Below are positions 53,155 to 62,623 of a stretch of 64,000 nucleotides of DNA, piece by piece. The stretch is from a plasmid. A model generated the notes under the pieces. That model made no database searches. It was given only the letters and a program-made list of their open reading frames with translations, and was not told the DNA's origin. Location: the sequence record NZ_CP014128.2, one strand, 5' to 3'. Every line of letters begins with the position of its first letter. The first letter of the stretch is position 1. Both the position numbers and the translations under genes were made by a program.

Positions 53155-53183
53155 TATGTAGCGGGCTAAAGCTAAAGGTTCCC
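53155..53183 (-). promoter_or_regulatory. Putative HrpL-dependent promoter (hrp box) for dspEF with a non-canonical -10
   Basis: The minus strand reads GGAACC-N15-CTACATA. The canonical form is CCACNNA. Confidence 0.45.
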
Positions 53184-53221
53184 GTCAGAGGCCAAAAAAG
53201 TCTGTTTTACGGCACAAAATG

Positions 53222-53249
53222 AGGAACCTCAGAGACCCTCGACCCACTC
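53222..53249 (+). promoter_or_regulatory. HrpL-dependent promoter (hrp box) for hrpW
   Basis: GGAACC-tcagagaccctcgac-CCACTCA, an exact consensus with N15 spacing, about 60 bp upstream of the hrpW ATG. Confidence 0.7.
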
Positions 53250-53309
53250 AAGACAGGCAGCCGACGCTGCATGTACGCGGGAAGTTAACCTTCAATAAGG
53301 GGAAAATCC

Positions 53310-54764
53310 ATGTCAGGTCTGACACTTAGAATTACTATCCCGAACTCGCTAGGGCATTTTCAGCCCGGAGAGAATAACGGGCCTTCTACCGGTAATAACG
53401 CAAACTCCGCTCTGGGCCAGCAGCCCGGTGATCAGCAAACCATTGAACACATGGCTCAGCTGTTGGCGACACTGTTAAAACCACTGATCTCCTCCCAGAG
53501 CGGAGATTCCTCCAGTGATGCTAATGGGATTAGTGCGTTATCCGGCCCAGGCAACTCCGGCGGGGCGTATGGCGTATCTGGCAACAGTCCGCTCTCCGAC
53601 TTAGGTCATGCAAGCGGCCTGACAGGTCAGAACGGCAGTGTCAGCGGCGCATCGCAGGATGACAGCCAGTCAATGCTTAATGATATGAGCAGCAACGGGC
53701 TGGATCAGAGCCTTAGCTCTGACGGTCAGGGCGGCGGTAATATCAGCGACAATCCGTTGCTAAAAGCGTTACTGAAGCTTATAGCGCAGATGATGGACGG
53801 GCTGAACGGTCAGTATGGTCAGCCAGACGGCAGTGACGGTTCATCTTCTTCTGGCGGCGGCACCTCTCTGGCGGATGGCTCGGGTGGTGGGGTAGCTGGC
53901 GGCAGCTCTCCTTTTGGTGGCACCTCACTTGCCGATGGTTCAGGGGGCGGTGCTTCTCTTGGCGGGGGCTCGCTTACCGGCGGTTCCGGCGGCGACGAGT
54001 CCCTCCCCACCTCACCGGTTTTCAGCGGTCATGAGGCGAGTTCGCTGCCTACCGGCACTCCGGCTGTGGGGTCAACCACGCACACGCCGGTTAGCGATCA
54101 CGCCGATCCGCTGGGCAGCGCAGGCACCGGCGCGGCGCAGGATGTGGGTTTCCCCACCGCCAGCGCCAATCCTAACGTGGTGCACGACACCATTGTGGTT
54201 AAAGCCGGCCAGATCTTTGATGGTAAAGGGCAGACCTTCACTGCCGGGAACGAACTGGGCGATGGCGGTCAGTCCGAAAGCCAGAAACCGCTGTTTAAAC
54301 TGGAAGACGGCGCCAGCCTGAAAAATGTGGTGATTGGTAATAACGGTGCAGATGGCATCCACCTCTACGGTGATGCCAAAATCGATAATCTGCATGTCAC
54401 CAATGTGGGTGAGGATGCCATTACCGTGAAGCCCAATAAAGAGGGAAAAAAATCTAATGTTGAAATCAGCAACAGCACCTTCCAGAATGCATCGGATAAA
54501 ATTCTTCAACTGAATGCCGATACTGACCTGACCGTTAACAATGTGAAAGCGAAAGACTTTGGCACTTTCGTCCGCACTAACGGCGGCCGGCAGGGGGATT
54601 GGGATCTGAATCTCAGCCACATCAGTGCGCAGAACGGCAAGTTCTCGTTCGTGAAAAGCGACAGTGAAGGGCTGAAAGTCAATACCAGTGATGTCTCGCT
54701 GGACAACGTTGAAAACCACTACAAGGTTCCGGCATCCGCTAAACTGACAGCGGTAGCGTCATGA
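53310..54764 (+). CDS. hrpW: Harpin HrpW (N-terminal Gly/Ser-rich harpin domain plus C-terminal class-3 pectate-lyase-like domain)
   Basis: N-terminus MSGLTLRI...NSALGQQPGDQQTIEHMAQLLATLLK, and C-terminus ...TIVVKAGQIFDGKGQTFTAGNELGDGGQSESQKPLF.LEDGASLKNV..G..GADGIHLYGDAKIDNLHVTNVGEDAITVKPN, matching Erwinia HrpW. Confidence 0.9.
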   Translation: MSGLTLRITIPNSLGHFQPGENNGPSTGNNANSALGQQPGDQQTIEHMAQLLATLLKPLISSQSGDSSSDANGISALSGPGNSGGAYGVSGNSPLSDLGHASGLTGQNGSVSGASQDDSQSMLNDMSSNGLDQSLSSDGQGGGNISDNPLLKALLKLIAQMMDGLNGQYGQPDGSDGSSSSGGGTSLADGSGGGVAGGSSPFGGTSLADGSGGGASLGGGSLTGGSGGDESLPTSPVFSGHEASSLPTGTPAVGSTTHTPVSDHADPLGSAGTGAAQDVGFPTASANPNVVHDTIVVKAGQIFDGKGQTFTAGNELGDGGQSESQKPLFKLEDGASLKNVVIGNNGADGIHLYGDAKIDNLHVTNVGEDAITVKPNKEGKKSNVEISNSTFQNASDKILQLNADTDLTVNNVKAKDFGTFVRTNGGRQGDWDLNLSHISAQNGKFSFVKSDSEGLKVNTSDVSLDNVENHYKVPASAKLTAVAS

Positions 54765-55090
54765 TGACGCCCCAGCAGCCATGCCCGCTCACCCGTTGGG
54801 TGGACGTGGTGGATAATCAGCAGCGTCTTACTCCGGCGCAGTATCAGGCTTTTCAGCAGGCGATTGCCCAGGTTAAGGAGCGGCTCCACCAGGTGTTGAG
54901 TCGTCCGACACCGCAACGCCAGGGCCGCTTTGAGCTGAGCTCGTTTGTTGACAGTCTGCACACCGATTTCCTGCACGGAGAGCAAGGCTCAGCGACTGAT
55001 GTGAGTCAGACCGCGTGGTGGATCACCCGTTATCTGGCTGACCGACTGCTGGAACTGCAACAGTTGGAACAGGCACGAAGCAGGATGTAG
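54761..55090 (+). CDS. Small ORF translationally coupled to hrpW (ATGA overlap). Its position corresponds to orfC of the Erwinia HEE region, the presumed HrpW chaperone.
   Basis: 109 aa, acidic/helical, with a start overlapping the hrpW stop. There is no recognisable catalytic motif. Confidence 0.5.
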   Translation: MMTPQQPCPLTRWVDVVDNQQRLTPAQYQAFQQAIAQVKERLHQVLSRPTPQRQGRFELSSFVDSLHTDFLHGEQGSATDVSQTAWWITRYLADRLLELQQLEQARSRM

Positions 55091-55231
55091 TGGTGCCAGT
55101 GCGTCGGCCAGAAGCCGACGCACTGGCATTGTTGTGCAATGTGCGGTATTTCCGGGCAAAAAAACGCACCGGGAGTGACCTTGGTGCGTGGGCTAAATGA
55201 GTCGTTGACCTTTCCGGCACGCTGCCTGCCG

Positions 55232-56455
55232 TTATCTTCTGCCTCTTTGCGCAGCAAGGTATTCACCGGCGCGCTCGATCTCCTGAAAGCGAAAGCCTTC
55301 AATCGAGGTGCTATAGGCTTTATCAAAGCGTTGTGCGCGATAGGCCAGATTGCGGTGCAGTAGCGTTTCAGCATGCAGGCCGCCTTTGTCTTTCGAAACG
55401 ATGTCGTTCTCACGAGGTCCACCCTCAATATGAGATTTAGATTGCGCATGTTTAAAAAACTCAGACGGCTTCGGCACATTCTGTTCGCCTGCATGAAGAC
55501 GCGATGTATAGTCGTCATAATGCTTAAAGCTTTTCAGCGCATTATTCAGCGCAAACATCGCACAATCCCATGATGAGGCCTGAATAAAGTTACCTACCAT
55601 CTTCACTCTGGCTCCCTTTAGACCCTGCTCAATTCCCTGTTTTATTGGATCCATCATATTTCCCAGCGCTGACTCGAAACACACGATTGATGGACGATGA
55701 CCCGGGCGTAACTGGATATCAAGTGCAATATGGTGATCTGGCATCCCCTTCGCAGGCGCAAAGACCACGCGCATATTCCCGGGCTGTCTGCTGTTCCAGA
55801 CCTGTTTATTTTGCTCTTTGATGGCCTTATAACATTCATCCGGTCCTTTAAAGACATGCAGATTCAAGTCTGGATGACGGGCATTTTCTGCATCGGCAAT
55901 GAGCGGCATCATCTTTTTATCCAGCCGGGTGAGCAGTACATTTGTACCGGAGTTGTCCTTCACCAGATCGGTAGCCAGTTTGGCGTAATCGTATAAATCT
56001 TTATCCAGTTTCTTAAGCTTCGGCAGGTTAACAGTATCCATCTTCTGCTGGAGTCGTCCCGGTAATCTCTCCGGGTTCTGCGGCAGGGGATCGCTACGCG
56101 ACATTTTTGATGAAGACTGCATCATGTCGTGGAACTGGACCAATTCAGTATTCTCACGACGGCCGCTTTGACGAATCAAGCCCAATGATGAACCGGTCGA
56201 CATACTGCCCTCGCCAGCGGATTGCGCCGAAGAGCTGCTCGCTTCACCACGATGCCTGGTGGTGGCACGAGCGCGATCCGGCGTGCTTTGGGTGGCGCTG
56301 GCATTGTAGCGAACATCAGGGGACATGGCATTTTGACGCTGTAATCGTCCGGCTCTGCCTGCCGGTAATGGTGACGCCTGAGGTGACGCAGTCGGCGTGC
56401 GTTCGGGCTGCTGAGACGGGCTTTTATTGCCCGTTATCGCACGAAAAATATTCAT
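55232..56455 (-). CDS. eop1: YopJ/AvrRxv-family type III effector (Eop1/OrfB-like)
   Basis: Catalytic-triad spacing is typical of YopJ acetyltransferases: H in HHIALDIQL, E 19 aa later in CFESALG, and C in SSWDCAMFALNN. It is downstream of a class-I chaperone gene and has a GGAG RBS. Confidence 0.75.
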   Translation of the reverse strand: MNIFRAITGNKSPSQQPERTPTASPQASPLPAGRAGRLQRQNAMSPDVRYNASATQSTPDRARATTRHRGEASSSSAQSAGEGSMSTGSSLGLIRQSGRRENTELVQFHDMMQSSSKMSRSDPLPQNPERLPGRLQQKMDTVNLPKLKKLDKDLYDYAKLATDLVKDNSGTNVLLTRLDKKMMPLIADAENARHPDLNLHVFKGPDECYKAIKEQNKQVWNSRQPGNMRVVFAPAKGMPDHHIALDIQLRPGHRPSIVCFESALGNMMDPIKQGIEQGLKGARVKMVGNFIQASSWDCAMFALNNALKSFKHYDDYTSRLHAGEQNVPKPSEFFKHAQSKSHIEGGPRENDIVSKDKGGLHAETLLHRNLAYRAQRFDKAYSTSIEGFRFQEIERAGEYLAAQRGRR

Positions 56456-56919
56456 CGAATTTTCTCCGCCATATTCAAAGTTAACCCCTGGTGTGCCAGC
56501 AGACGTGGGGCTGAAGATGGCTCAACCATGCTGTGCAGTAACTTTTTTTGCCATACTTTTGCCACCTCAATCATCTGCACGCAGGCACTGACAAAGCTGG
56601 CTTCCTCCACTGAGGGTAGCGGGAAGCGTTGGAACAACAGCAACTCGTTTTTTTCCTGATCAAGACCAAATGCCGCGCCATCGCTGGTACCGTAGTGAAA
56701 CAGGTTGGCAGCCAGAATATCCGCTAGCAGAATGCTGCCCTGTGCCGCAGAGAGTGAACCCACGTTGAGATAAACAAACAGCCAGCTCTGCTGTTCCATA
56801 TACTCCAGCGTCATCTCAAGCGTGTTCACTTTCAGGCAACAAAGTTGATTGGCATCCAGCGACAGTGACCCCGTATCCAGACGTCTTGCCAGTGCGCCCA
56901 GTAAATCTTGTATTATCAT
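56452..56919 (-). CDS. Type III secretion class-I chaperone (OrfA-like, for Eop1)
   Basis: 155 aa, acidic, CesT/Tir-chaperone-like. Its stop overlaps the eop1 start (ATGA). There is a GGAGG RBS. Confidence 0.6.
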   Translation of the reverse strand: MIIQDLLGALARRLDTGSLSLDANQLCCLKVNTLEMTLEYMEQQSWLFVYLNVGSLSAAQGSILLADILAANLFHYGTSDGAAFGLDQEKNELLLFQRFPLPSVEEASFVSACVQMIEVAKVWQKKLLHSMVEPSSAPRLLAHQGLTLNMAEKIR

Positions 56920-57030
56920 GACAGTCCTCCACGGGTTAGCCTGATGTAATGCCCGAAATCTAAAGGAGCTTTACAGCTGTTAACCCAATAAGGGAGGCGG
57001 GCAGGCAACACCTGTCCGCCCTGCAACAAC

Positions 57031-58281
57031 TTATGCCGCGCTCAGTTTGCCCAGTGCCATATTGTTGATAGCATCGCCGGCCAGCATCGCATCAATACCC
57101 AGCGACGAACCGCCTGTACCGCGTGCCTGAAGGTTGGTGTTGCCGGTATCACCCGCCATAGCACTTTTGATCATGCCTTTAGCCTTGCTGAACTGGTCCA
57201 TACTGGATGGGGTCATACCATCATCATCTGGTTTGCTCAGGGCTTCTGCCCAGGATTTAGTGTCGGTTTTTGCTTCCGAACCTGCGCTCTTCTGATACTG
57301 AGGTTTACCGAAGGTTTCAGGATACTGATCCATAAACTGCCCCACTTCCTTTGCCATCGCCCGGTCGTCTTTGTTGATAAAAGAACGTGTGCTGCTGTCG
57401 CTGTGTGTACCGATGTTGTTCAGTGCTTCGATACCCGCTTTCATGCCAACCCCGGTTCCTACCGCATTACCTAACTGCTGAAAATCAGCCGGGCCGCTCA
57501 GGTTTTGCAGGCCCTTGACGCCAGGGCCATTACCCCCCCCCAGACCGCTACCCTGGCTCTGGCTCAGGCCGTTCCCCATCAGTGCGCTCAGTGCATCGGT
57601 AACGCCTTTGTTATAAGCCTGTTGTTCTTCTTTGCCTGGCTGACTACCCGTGCTGCTGCCCGATAATGAACCATCCTGATCGCCAAACATGCTTTGCATG
57701 ATTTCAGCGAAGATTTTCATTAATTGTTCCATCGGGCTCATGCCCGAACTGGAGTCAGAACCGGAAGTGGAACTGTCGCCATATGACGCTGGATTCAGAC
57801 CCAGCGCCTGGTCGAGCGAAGAACCCAGGTTCGATCCGGTATTACCGCCCAGCGCTGAGCCAGTATTGCCGCCCAGTGCTGAACCCAGCGCCCCCCCCAT
57901 AGTTGCCCCCAAAGGGCCGCCCAGTGCGCCGCCAGCAACGGTGCCTAACCCACCGCCCAACATGCTGCCCAGTTCACCTCCAGCGGCGCTACCCAGCCCC
58001 CCGCCCAAACCGCCACCGAGGCCGCCCAGACCACTACCTGAAGCATTCCCCAGCAGGCTGTTCAGACCGCCGCCCATCATGCTCATCATCATCATGCCGG
58101 TGAGCAAACCTGCCAGCTGATTGATGGTATCATTTTGGCTGCTCCCCCCCAGGCCCAATGACGAATTCGAGCTTAATCCTGCATTTTGCGAGCTTGTACC
58201 CAGCAACCCATTGCTGCCACCCGCACCGCCGATGTTAATTTGCAACGTGGTCGCTCCCAGCGGACTTGTATTCAGACTCAT
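57031..58281 (-). CDS. hrpN: Harpin HrpN
   Basis: [34 protein letters not shown]...[22 protein letters not shown]... through ...[38 protein letters not shown], nearly collinear with E. amylovora HrpN. Confidence 0.95.
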   Translation of the reverse strand: MSLNTSPLGATTLQINIGGAGGSNGLLGTSSQNAGLSSNSSLGLGGSSQNDTINQLAGLLTGMMMMSMMGGGLNSLLGNASGSGLGGLGGGLGGGLGSAAGGELGSMLGGGLGTVAGGALGGPLGATMGGALGSALGGNTGSALGGNTGSNLGSSLDQALGLNPASYGDSSTSGSDSSSGMSPMEQLMKIFAEIMQSMFGDQDGSLSGSSTGSQPGKEEQQAYNKGVTDALSALMGNGLSQSQGSGLGGGNGPGVKGLQNLSGPADFQQLGNAVGTGVGMKAGIEALNNIGTHSDSSTRSFINKDDRAMAKEVGQFMDQYPETFGKPQYQKSAGSEAKTDTKSWAEALSKPDDDGMTPSSMDQFSKAKGMIKSAMAGDTGNTNLQARGTGGSSLGIDAMLAGDAINNMALGKLSAA

Positions 58282-58346
58282 ACCATCTTCCTCTGTGAAT
58301 TAATGAAATTACCCTACGGACGAAGCACCTGATGAGTGCCTTACCA

Positions 58347-58374
58347 GGGCTTCTATTGAGTGATTCAATAATGA
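58347..58374 (-). promoter_or_regulatory. HrpL-dependent promoter (hrp box) for hrpN
   Basis: The minus strand reads GGAACC-tccgtcattattgaa-TCACTCA (N15), about 70 bp upstream of the hrpN ATG. Confidence 0.7.
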
Positions 58375-58709
58375 CGGAGGTTCCTCGGCGCTATGAAAAA
58401 TAAGGTATGACGATAAAGGGAAGGCAGCCCGGTTTGAGAGAGGGGGAAATAGTGGTACACAAAAAATGGCCACATCATTAAATAGCAATGACAGGCTTAC
58501 CGAAAACGCCGGGTAATCATCAACCCTATCGTGGTTTGATGATTACAGATGTCCGACATTATCTACTGGCTCAATCCATCACATGTGGTTGCGAAACAAG
58601 CTGACAGAAAGCATGTGCAAAAAGACAGCCATTATGGCTACTGACGTGATACTTGTGACCGGGTGTAACGCGCCCGGTTGCGCACCACACCGGGCTGCCC
58701 GGACAGCGA

Positions 58710-59066
58710 TTAACGGAGTTCTGTCAGCGCAATTCCTGCCAGGCTGAACAACTGCGCGATCTGCTGTTTATCATCTGCTGATTCTTCGCTAATTTGACGC
58801 CAGCAGGAGAGACTCCGCTCAGCGTTCAGACACAGGTAGCAACCGTCATAGCGCTCAGGACGCAGCGCCCGACGGCGCAGCAGACGCTGAAAGAGTCCTG
58901 GAGGCTGGTATGTGGGTTGCAGGTTGAGCATCGCTTCCCGTCCGTGTTCACCGCACAGCACCAGCAGTTCTACCCCCTGCAGCACCGGCCAGCGACAGCT
59001 CTGGCGCAGTTGTAGCAGGCTGAGCAGGGCCGATAACGAACCGACCTGCGGACACGAATTACTCAT
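58710..59066 (-). CDS. hrpV: HrpV, negative regulator of the hrp regulon (last gene of the hrpC operon)
   Basis: Position immediately after hrpT and before hrpN, as in the Erwinia hrpC operon. About 118 aa, with a start overlapping the hrpT stop. Confidence 0.65.
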   Translation of the reverse strand: MSNSCPQVGSLSALLSLLQLRQSCRWPVLQGVELLVLCGEHGREAMLNLQPTYQPPGLFQRLLRRRALRPERYDGCYLCLNAERSLSCWRQISEESADDKQQIAQLFSLAGIALTELR

Positions 59067-59253
59067 TAACAGTGACCTGTGTAAAATCGGCGACGCCATT
59101 GCGTAGCTCTGGCTGCCACCAGATAACCAGCTGATGCGAACCTGACTGTGGACGGCAGCCCACGGAGGTACAGGTCAATCCGTTATCGTGGCGTTTGGCA
59201 CAACCGGTCAGCAGCAGCGCCAGACCCAGCAGGATGAAAGGGGCTTTTTTCAT
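59059..59253 (-). CDS. hrpT: HrpT, small T3SS lipoprotein (secretin pilotin-like)
   Basis: MKKAPFILLGLALLLTGCAK lipobox, 64 aa, directly downstream of hrcC. Confidence 0.8.
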   Translation of the reverse strand: MKKAPFILLGLALLLTGCAKRHDNGLTCTSVGCRPQSGSHQLVIWWQPELRNGVADFTQVTVNE

Positions 59254-59266
59254 TGTTTTTCTCTGC

Positions 59267-61306
59267 TTAGCGGTTGATTAAGGATTCGCGTGATTTAGTC
59301 AACACGCGATTTGGACTCAGCGCCATATAGACCTCTGCCGACTGGCCCGGAGCCAGTGAACTGAGCGGCCATATTGCCACCGCCATTGTTCGTTTACTGG
59401 CACAGTCAGACTCGTCAAAACGCAACGGTTTGTTCGTAATATTGCGCACAACGCCCACGGTTAACTGCACGCTACCGTTTGCCCCGCTGTACCACTGCGA
59501 ACGGGAGTTATCGAACAACAGCCCCGGCACTTTCTGGCAGATCTCACTTAAACGCGACCCGGAAAACTGCGACTGGAAACCAGCAGGCGTCTGGCGTTCG
59601 GCCAGGTCACGCATGGCGTTTTCAATGACGTCGTGCAGATTGACATTGCTGTGGCGGCGCTCGACACGTTCCATTGCATCACTCAACTGCTGGCGGTTAT
59701 CCGCAGTAACATATCGTGTCGGATCGGTCTGATCGCCTATCAGGCGTGGCGTCAGAATAAACAGTCGCTGACGCTGCGAAATTTCATGGCGAGTCGAAGT
59801 AAAGATTTTGCCAATCCATGGAATATCGCCTAACAGCGGAATACGCTGGTTACGATCGCCGCTCTCTTCAACATGGAACCCCCCCAGCACCAGCGCGCGG
59901 TTTTCACTGATAAGCGCCTGGGTGCTGACCGTGCCACGTTTCACGCCGGTGGCCTGACCATCGCTGTTGGTTTCTACGTGACCATCTTCAATATCAATCA
60001 TCAGCTGAATACTGTTGTGCCCATTGCCTCCAACCGCACGCGGCGTGACCTGAAGGCTGGTGCCCGCCGTTACCGGCTGGATGTCAGCCACGCGCTCACC
60101 GGTGGCGGTGATATAGGCGGTCTGGCTGAAATCTATCACCGCTGGCTGGTTTTCCAGCGTCAGTACCGAAGGATTGGCCACAATTGATGCGGTACCTTCC
60201 CCTTCCAGGGCCTGAATATCGGCAAAGAAGCGTTTAAAATCGCTGACAAACAGCGTTCCGCTGCCGGACATCAGCGAGGTGCCGCCAGTAACGCCACCCA
60301 GCGTCGCCTGCCAGTTCGCCTCCAGCCGGTTCAGGGCGGTACGATCGATATCAAGGATCACTGCATCGATTTCCACCAGATTCTGTGGCACGTCGATTTT
60401 GGCGATCAACTGCGCATATTCATCACGACGTTTATCATCGTCACGGATTAACAGCGCATTGTTACGCACGTCTGCTGAGATACGACCGCTGAGATCGTCA
60501 ATGCTGACGCCGCCACCGTCCCGGTCAGACGGACGGCTGGTGCCGTTGGTATGGCTGGAGAGGCGCGCCAGCAATGACTGGGTATTCTGCATCATCGCAT
60601 TGCTGTCAGGCACGCCAAGAGTGCCCTCAATTCCGCTGGCGCTGTTTGGTGCAGCCCGTTTACCGTTCATCAGCTCATTAAGCATCGTGGCAACGCCCGG
60701 GATCACCAGCGTCTGATCGCGGTAATGAATGGTCCTGTCCGCTACTGAGGCATATTTCAGTGGAAAGATCATGACTTTACGCCGATCTTCTTTTTTCTCG
60801 CGCTGCTCACTGAAACGCTTTACCAGCTCAAGATACTGCGGTGGTCCGGTCACTAACACCACACCATCGTCCGGCAGCTCTCCCCAGCCAAACCGCGGAT
60901 CCAGCAGCCCGATACCGTTTAGCGCCTGTTTGATATCTGGTGCGGCATCCGGTGATATTTCCAGCCGTTCAGAGCTCTGCTCGGCCTGGGGACTGACATA
61001 CAGGGTGTTGTTGTAGACGAACCACTGGAATTGATGCTCAAGCGCCAGACGGTCAAGAAATACGCTGGCATTATCGGCTCGGATCTTACCATCGACTTCG
61101 GTATCTTCGACATTCCCCAGTTGCAAATCGACACCATGCCCATTGGCAAAATCCTGAAGCACTGTGGATAGCGGAGTGTGATCGGCAGAATAAGCATAAG
61201 ATTGCTCTTTCCAGTCGGAGGGGATTTGCGCCCCAGCCTGGTGGGTTACGCACAGCATTAATAACGCGCCCAGAAAGAGCCCGCGCGATTTACTTTTATC
61301 AACCAT
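59267..61306 (-). CDS. hrcC: Type III secretion outer-membrane secretin
   Basis: 679 aa from MVDKSKSRGLFLGALLML. It has N-terminal periplasmic domains and a C-terminal secretin domain (...VLGGFHVEESGDRNQRIPLLGDIPWIGKIF...), and an AAGGGGAA RBS. Confidence 0.95.
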   Translation of the reverse strand: MVDKSKSRGLFLGALLMLCVTHQAGAQIPSDWKEQSYAYSADHTPLSTVLQDFANGHGVDLQLGNVEDTEVDGKIRADNASVFLDRLALEHQFQWFVYNNTLYVSPQAEQSSERLEISPDAAPDIKQALNGIGLLDPRFGWGELPDDGVVLVTGPPQYLELVKRFSEQREKKEDRRKVMIFPLKYASVADRTIHYRDQTLVIPGVATMLNELMNGKRAAPNSASGIEGTLGVPDSNAMMQNTQSLLARLSSHTNGTSRPSDRDGGGVSIDDLSGRISADVRNNALLIRDDDKRRDEYAQLIAKIDVPQNLVEIDAVILDIDRTALNRLEANWQATLGGVTGGTSLMSGSGTLFVSDFKRFFADIQALEGEGTASIVANPSVLTLENQPAVIDFSQTAYITATGERVADIQPVTAGTSLQVTPRAVGGNGHNSIQLMIDIEDGHVETNSDGQATGVKRGTVSTQALISENRALVLGGFHVEESGDRNQRIPLLGDIPWIGKIFTSTRHEISQRQRLFILTPRLIGDQTDPTRYVTADNRQQLSDAMERVERRHSNVNLHDVIENAMRDLAERQTPAGFQSQFSGSRLSEICQKVPGLLFDNSRSQWYSGANGSVQLTVGVVRNITNKPLRFDESDCASKRTMAVAIWPLSSLAPGQSAEVYMALSPNRVLTKSRESLINR

Positions 61307-61730
61307 GGTTTCCCCTTGGTAGAAAGGCCAGGCTGTGCAAGGGCACTGCGCCATGGGTTGCTGCTTTATTTCGCTGCTGTTGCAGCATGGATTGCCATGC
61401 ATCACGCTGGTTCAGCAATGATTCCAGCTGTTCACACACCGCATCAGCATGAGTTTCGCGAAGTCGTAACATCAGCAATAAATGATTTTCCTGTGAAGCA
61501 AGGGCTGCCGCATCGCGACCAAAAAAGCGCAGCGCCGGCGCTGACAACTGTAATGCCCGCTCCAGAAATGCCTCATCCAGCGGTGCATTAACCGTCAACC
61601 CGGACAGTGCGAAGAGCTGTCCCCCTCGTTGCTGTAACCAAAGAACGCCGTCATCAACAACTAGCTGCTGGTCTTTTTCAGGATTCTCAAGCCAGCGTTG
61701 CACCCATTGCTGCAATTCAGTTGATCTCAT
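61299..61730 (-). CDS. hrpG: HrpG (hrpC-operon protein, partner of the negative regulator HrpV in Erwinia)
   Basis: About 143 aa, between hrpF and hrcC, as in Erwinia. The start was chosen at MRSTELQQW just after the hrpF stop. The stop overlaps the hrcC start. Confidence 0.6.
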   Translation of the reverse strand: MRSTELQQWVQRWLENPEKDQQLVVDDGVLWLQQRGGQLFALSGLTVNAPLDEAFLERALQLSAPALRFFGRDAAALASQENHLLLMLRLRETHADAVCEQLESLLNQRDAWQSMLQQQRNKAATHGAVPLHSLAFLPRGNHG

Positions 61731-61941
61731 TAATAATGGCTTTTGCCAGCCCATGCTTAACGGTGAGCTCCTGACTGGCTGCCCAGCTGGCGTTGGACAA
61801 CCCCATGCTTGCCTCAAAAAAAGCGAAACTATCCGCCTGACTGTAGCCTTCACTGGCATTCATGGTAGCGTCGTCGAGCTGGTTTTGCGCCCGGTCAAAC
61901 TGGCTATCCAGACGACGTTGCAACGGACTGAGTGATGACAT
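61717..61941 (-). CDS. hrpF: HrpF, small T3SS protein (first gene of the hrpC operon)
   Basis: 74 aa, MSSLSPLQRRLDSQFDRAQNQLDD..., with the size and position of Erwinia HrpF. Confidence 0.7.
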   Translation of the reverse strand: MSSLSPLQRRLDSQFDRAQNQLDDATMNASEGYSQADSFAFFEASMGLSNASWAASQELTVKHGLAKAIINEIN

Positions 61942-61977
61942 AGTTAAACTCTCTTATTGATGAGCGGACCTGTTATT

Positions 61978-62005
61978 TAAGTGGCGTGTTGTGCGTAACG
62001 GTTCC
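61978..62005 (-). promoter_or_regulatory. HrpL-dependent promoter (hrp box) for the hrpF-hrpG-hrcC-hrpT-hrpV operon
   Basis: The minus strand reads GGAACC-gttacgcacaacacg-CCACTTA (N15), about 40 bp upstream of hrpF. Confidence 0.7.
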
Positions 62006-62023
62006 GTGGTAAAGCGAAGATTT

Positions 62024-62623
62024 TTACCGCGATGACGACCCGCTTTCAGAGGGGAGCAACTGGCTTACCGCCTGCTGCCAGTTGAGGTGTAGTTCACCCT
62101 GGGCGGTGATCAGTTTCAGATTATCAACGGCCAACGTTTCATCGGGTTGCAGTTGCCAGCTTAGATGAGTGTGCGTGGCTAACCATTCGGTAATGGGCTG
62201 TTGTTGGGACGGGTGACAGCAGAGGCTGGCTTGCTCTGCCTGCATTTTGTCGCGCAGCAGCTGTCGCAGCAGTGCACTCAGGCGTTGTGGTTCCGGTATC
62301 TCGGTCAGCAATTGTTCCAGGGCCAGCGTCAGCACGTTGTCCATCACCGCCAGCACCTCTGATTCAGTCTGCCGTTGCTGCTGCTGCCAGTGAGCAAACA
62401 GGCGGTCAGCCTGATGCCAGAAATCCTGTTCGGCGCGCGCTTGTGCACGCAGCTTACAGGCTACCGACTCCTCTTCTGCAGCGGTGAGGATCTGTTCTGC
62501 CTGCTGCTGTGCCTGTCGCAGGATATCCTCTCCCTGTTGCTGAACAGTCAGCATTGCCTGTGAAATTACCGGGGCCAGATCGTCAGCGCCATTGAGCAGG
62601 GTTATTTTTTTTTGTGTCAGCAT
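62024..62623 (-). CDS. hrpE: HrpE (FliH/YscL-family T3SS ATPase regulator)
   Basis: 199 aa from MLTQKKITLL. It is Q/E/A-rich helical N-terminally (FliH-like), between hrpD and hrpF. There is an AGGAG RBS. Confidence 0.7.
   Translation of the reverse strand: MLTQKKITLLNGADDLAPVISQAMLTVQQQGEDILRQAQQQAEQILTAAEEESVACKLRAQARAEQDFWHQADRLFAHWQQQQRQTESEVLAVMDNVLTLALEQLLTEIPEPQRLSALLRQLLRDKMQAEQASLCCHPSQQQPITEWLATHTHLSWQLQPDETLAVDNLKLITAQGELHLNWQQAVSQLLPSESGSSSR

Noticed and set aside
53819-54010. Pro/Glu-rich minus-strand ORF inside hrpW
   Set aside because: It is antisense to the Gly/Ser-rich harpin domain, so it is a reverse-complement artefact of the low-complexity repeat.
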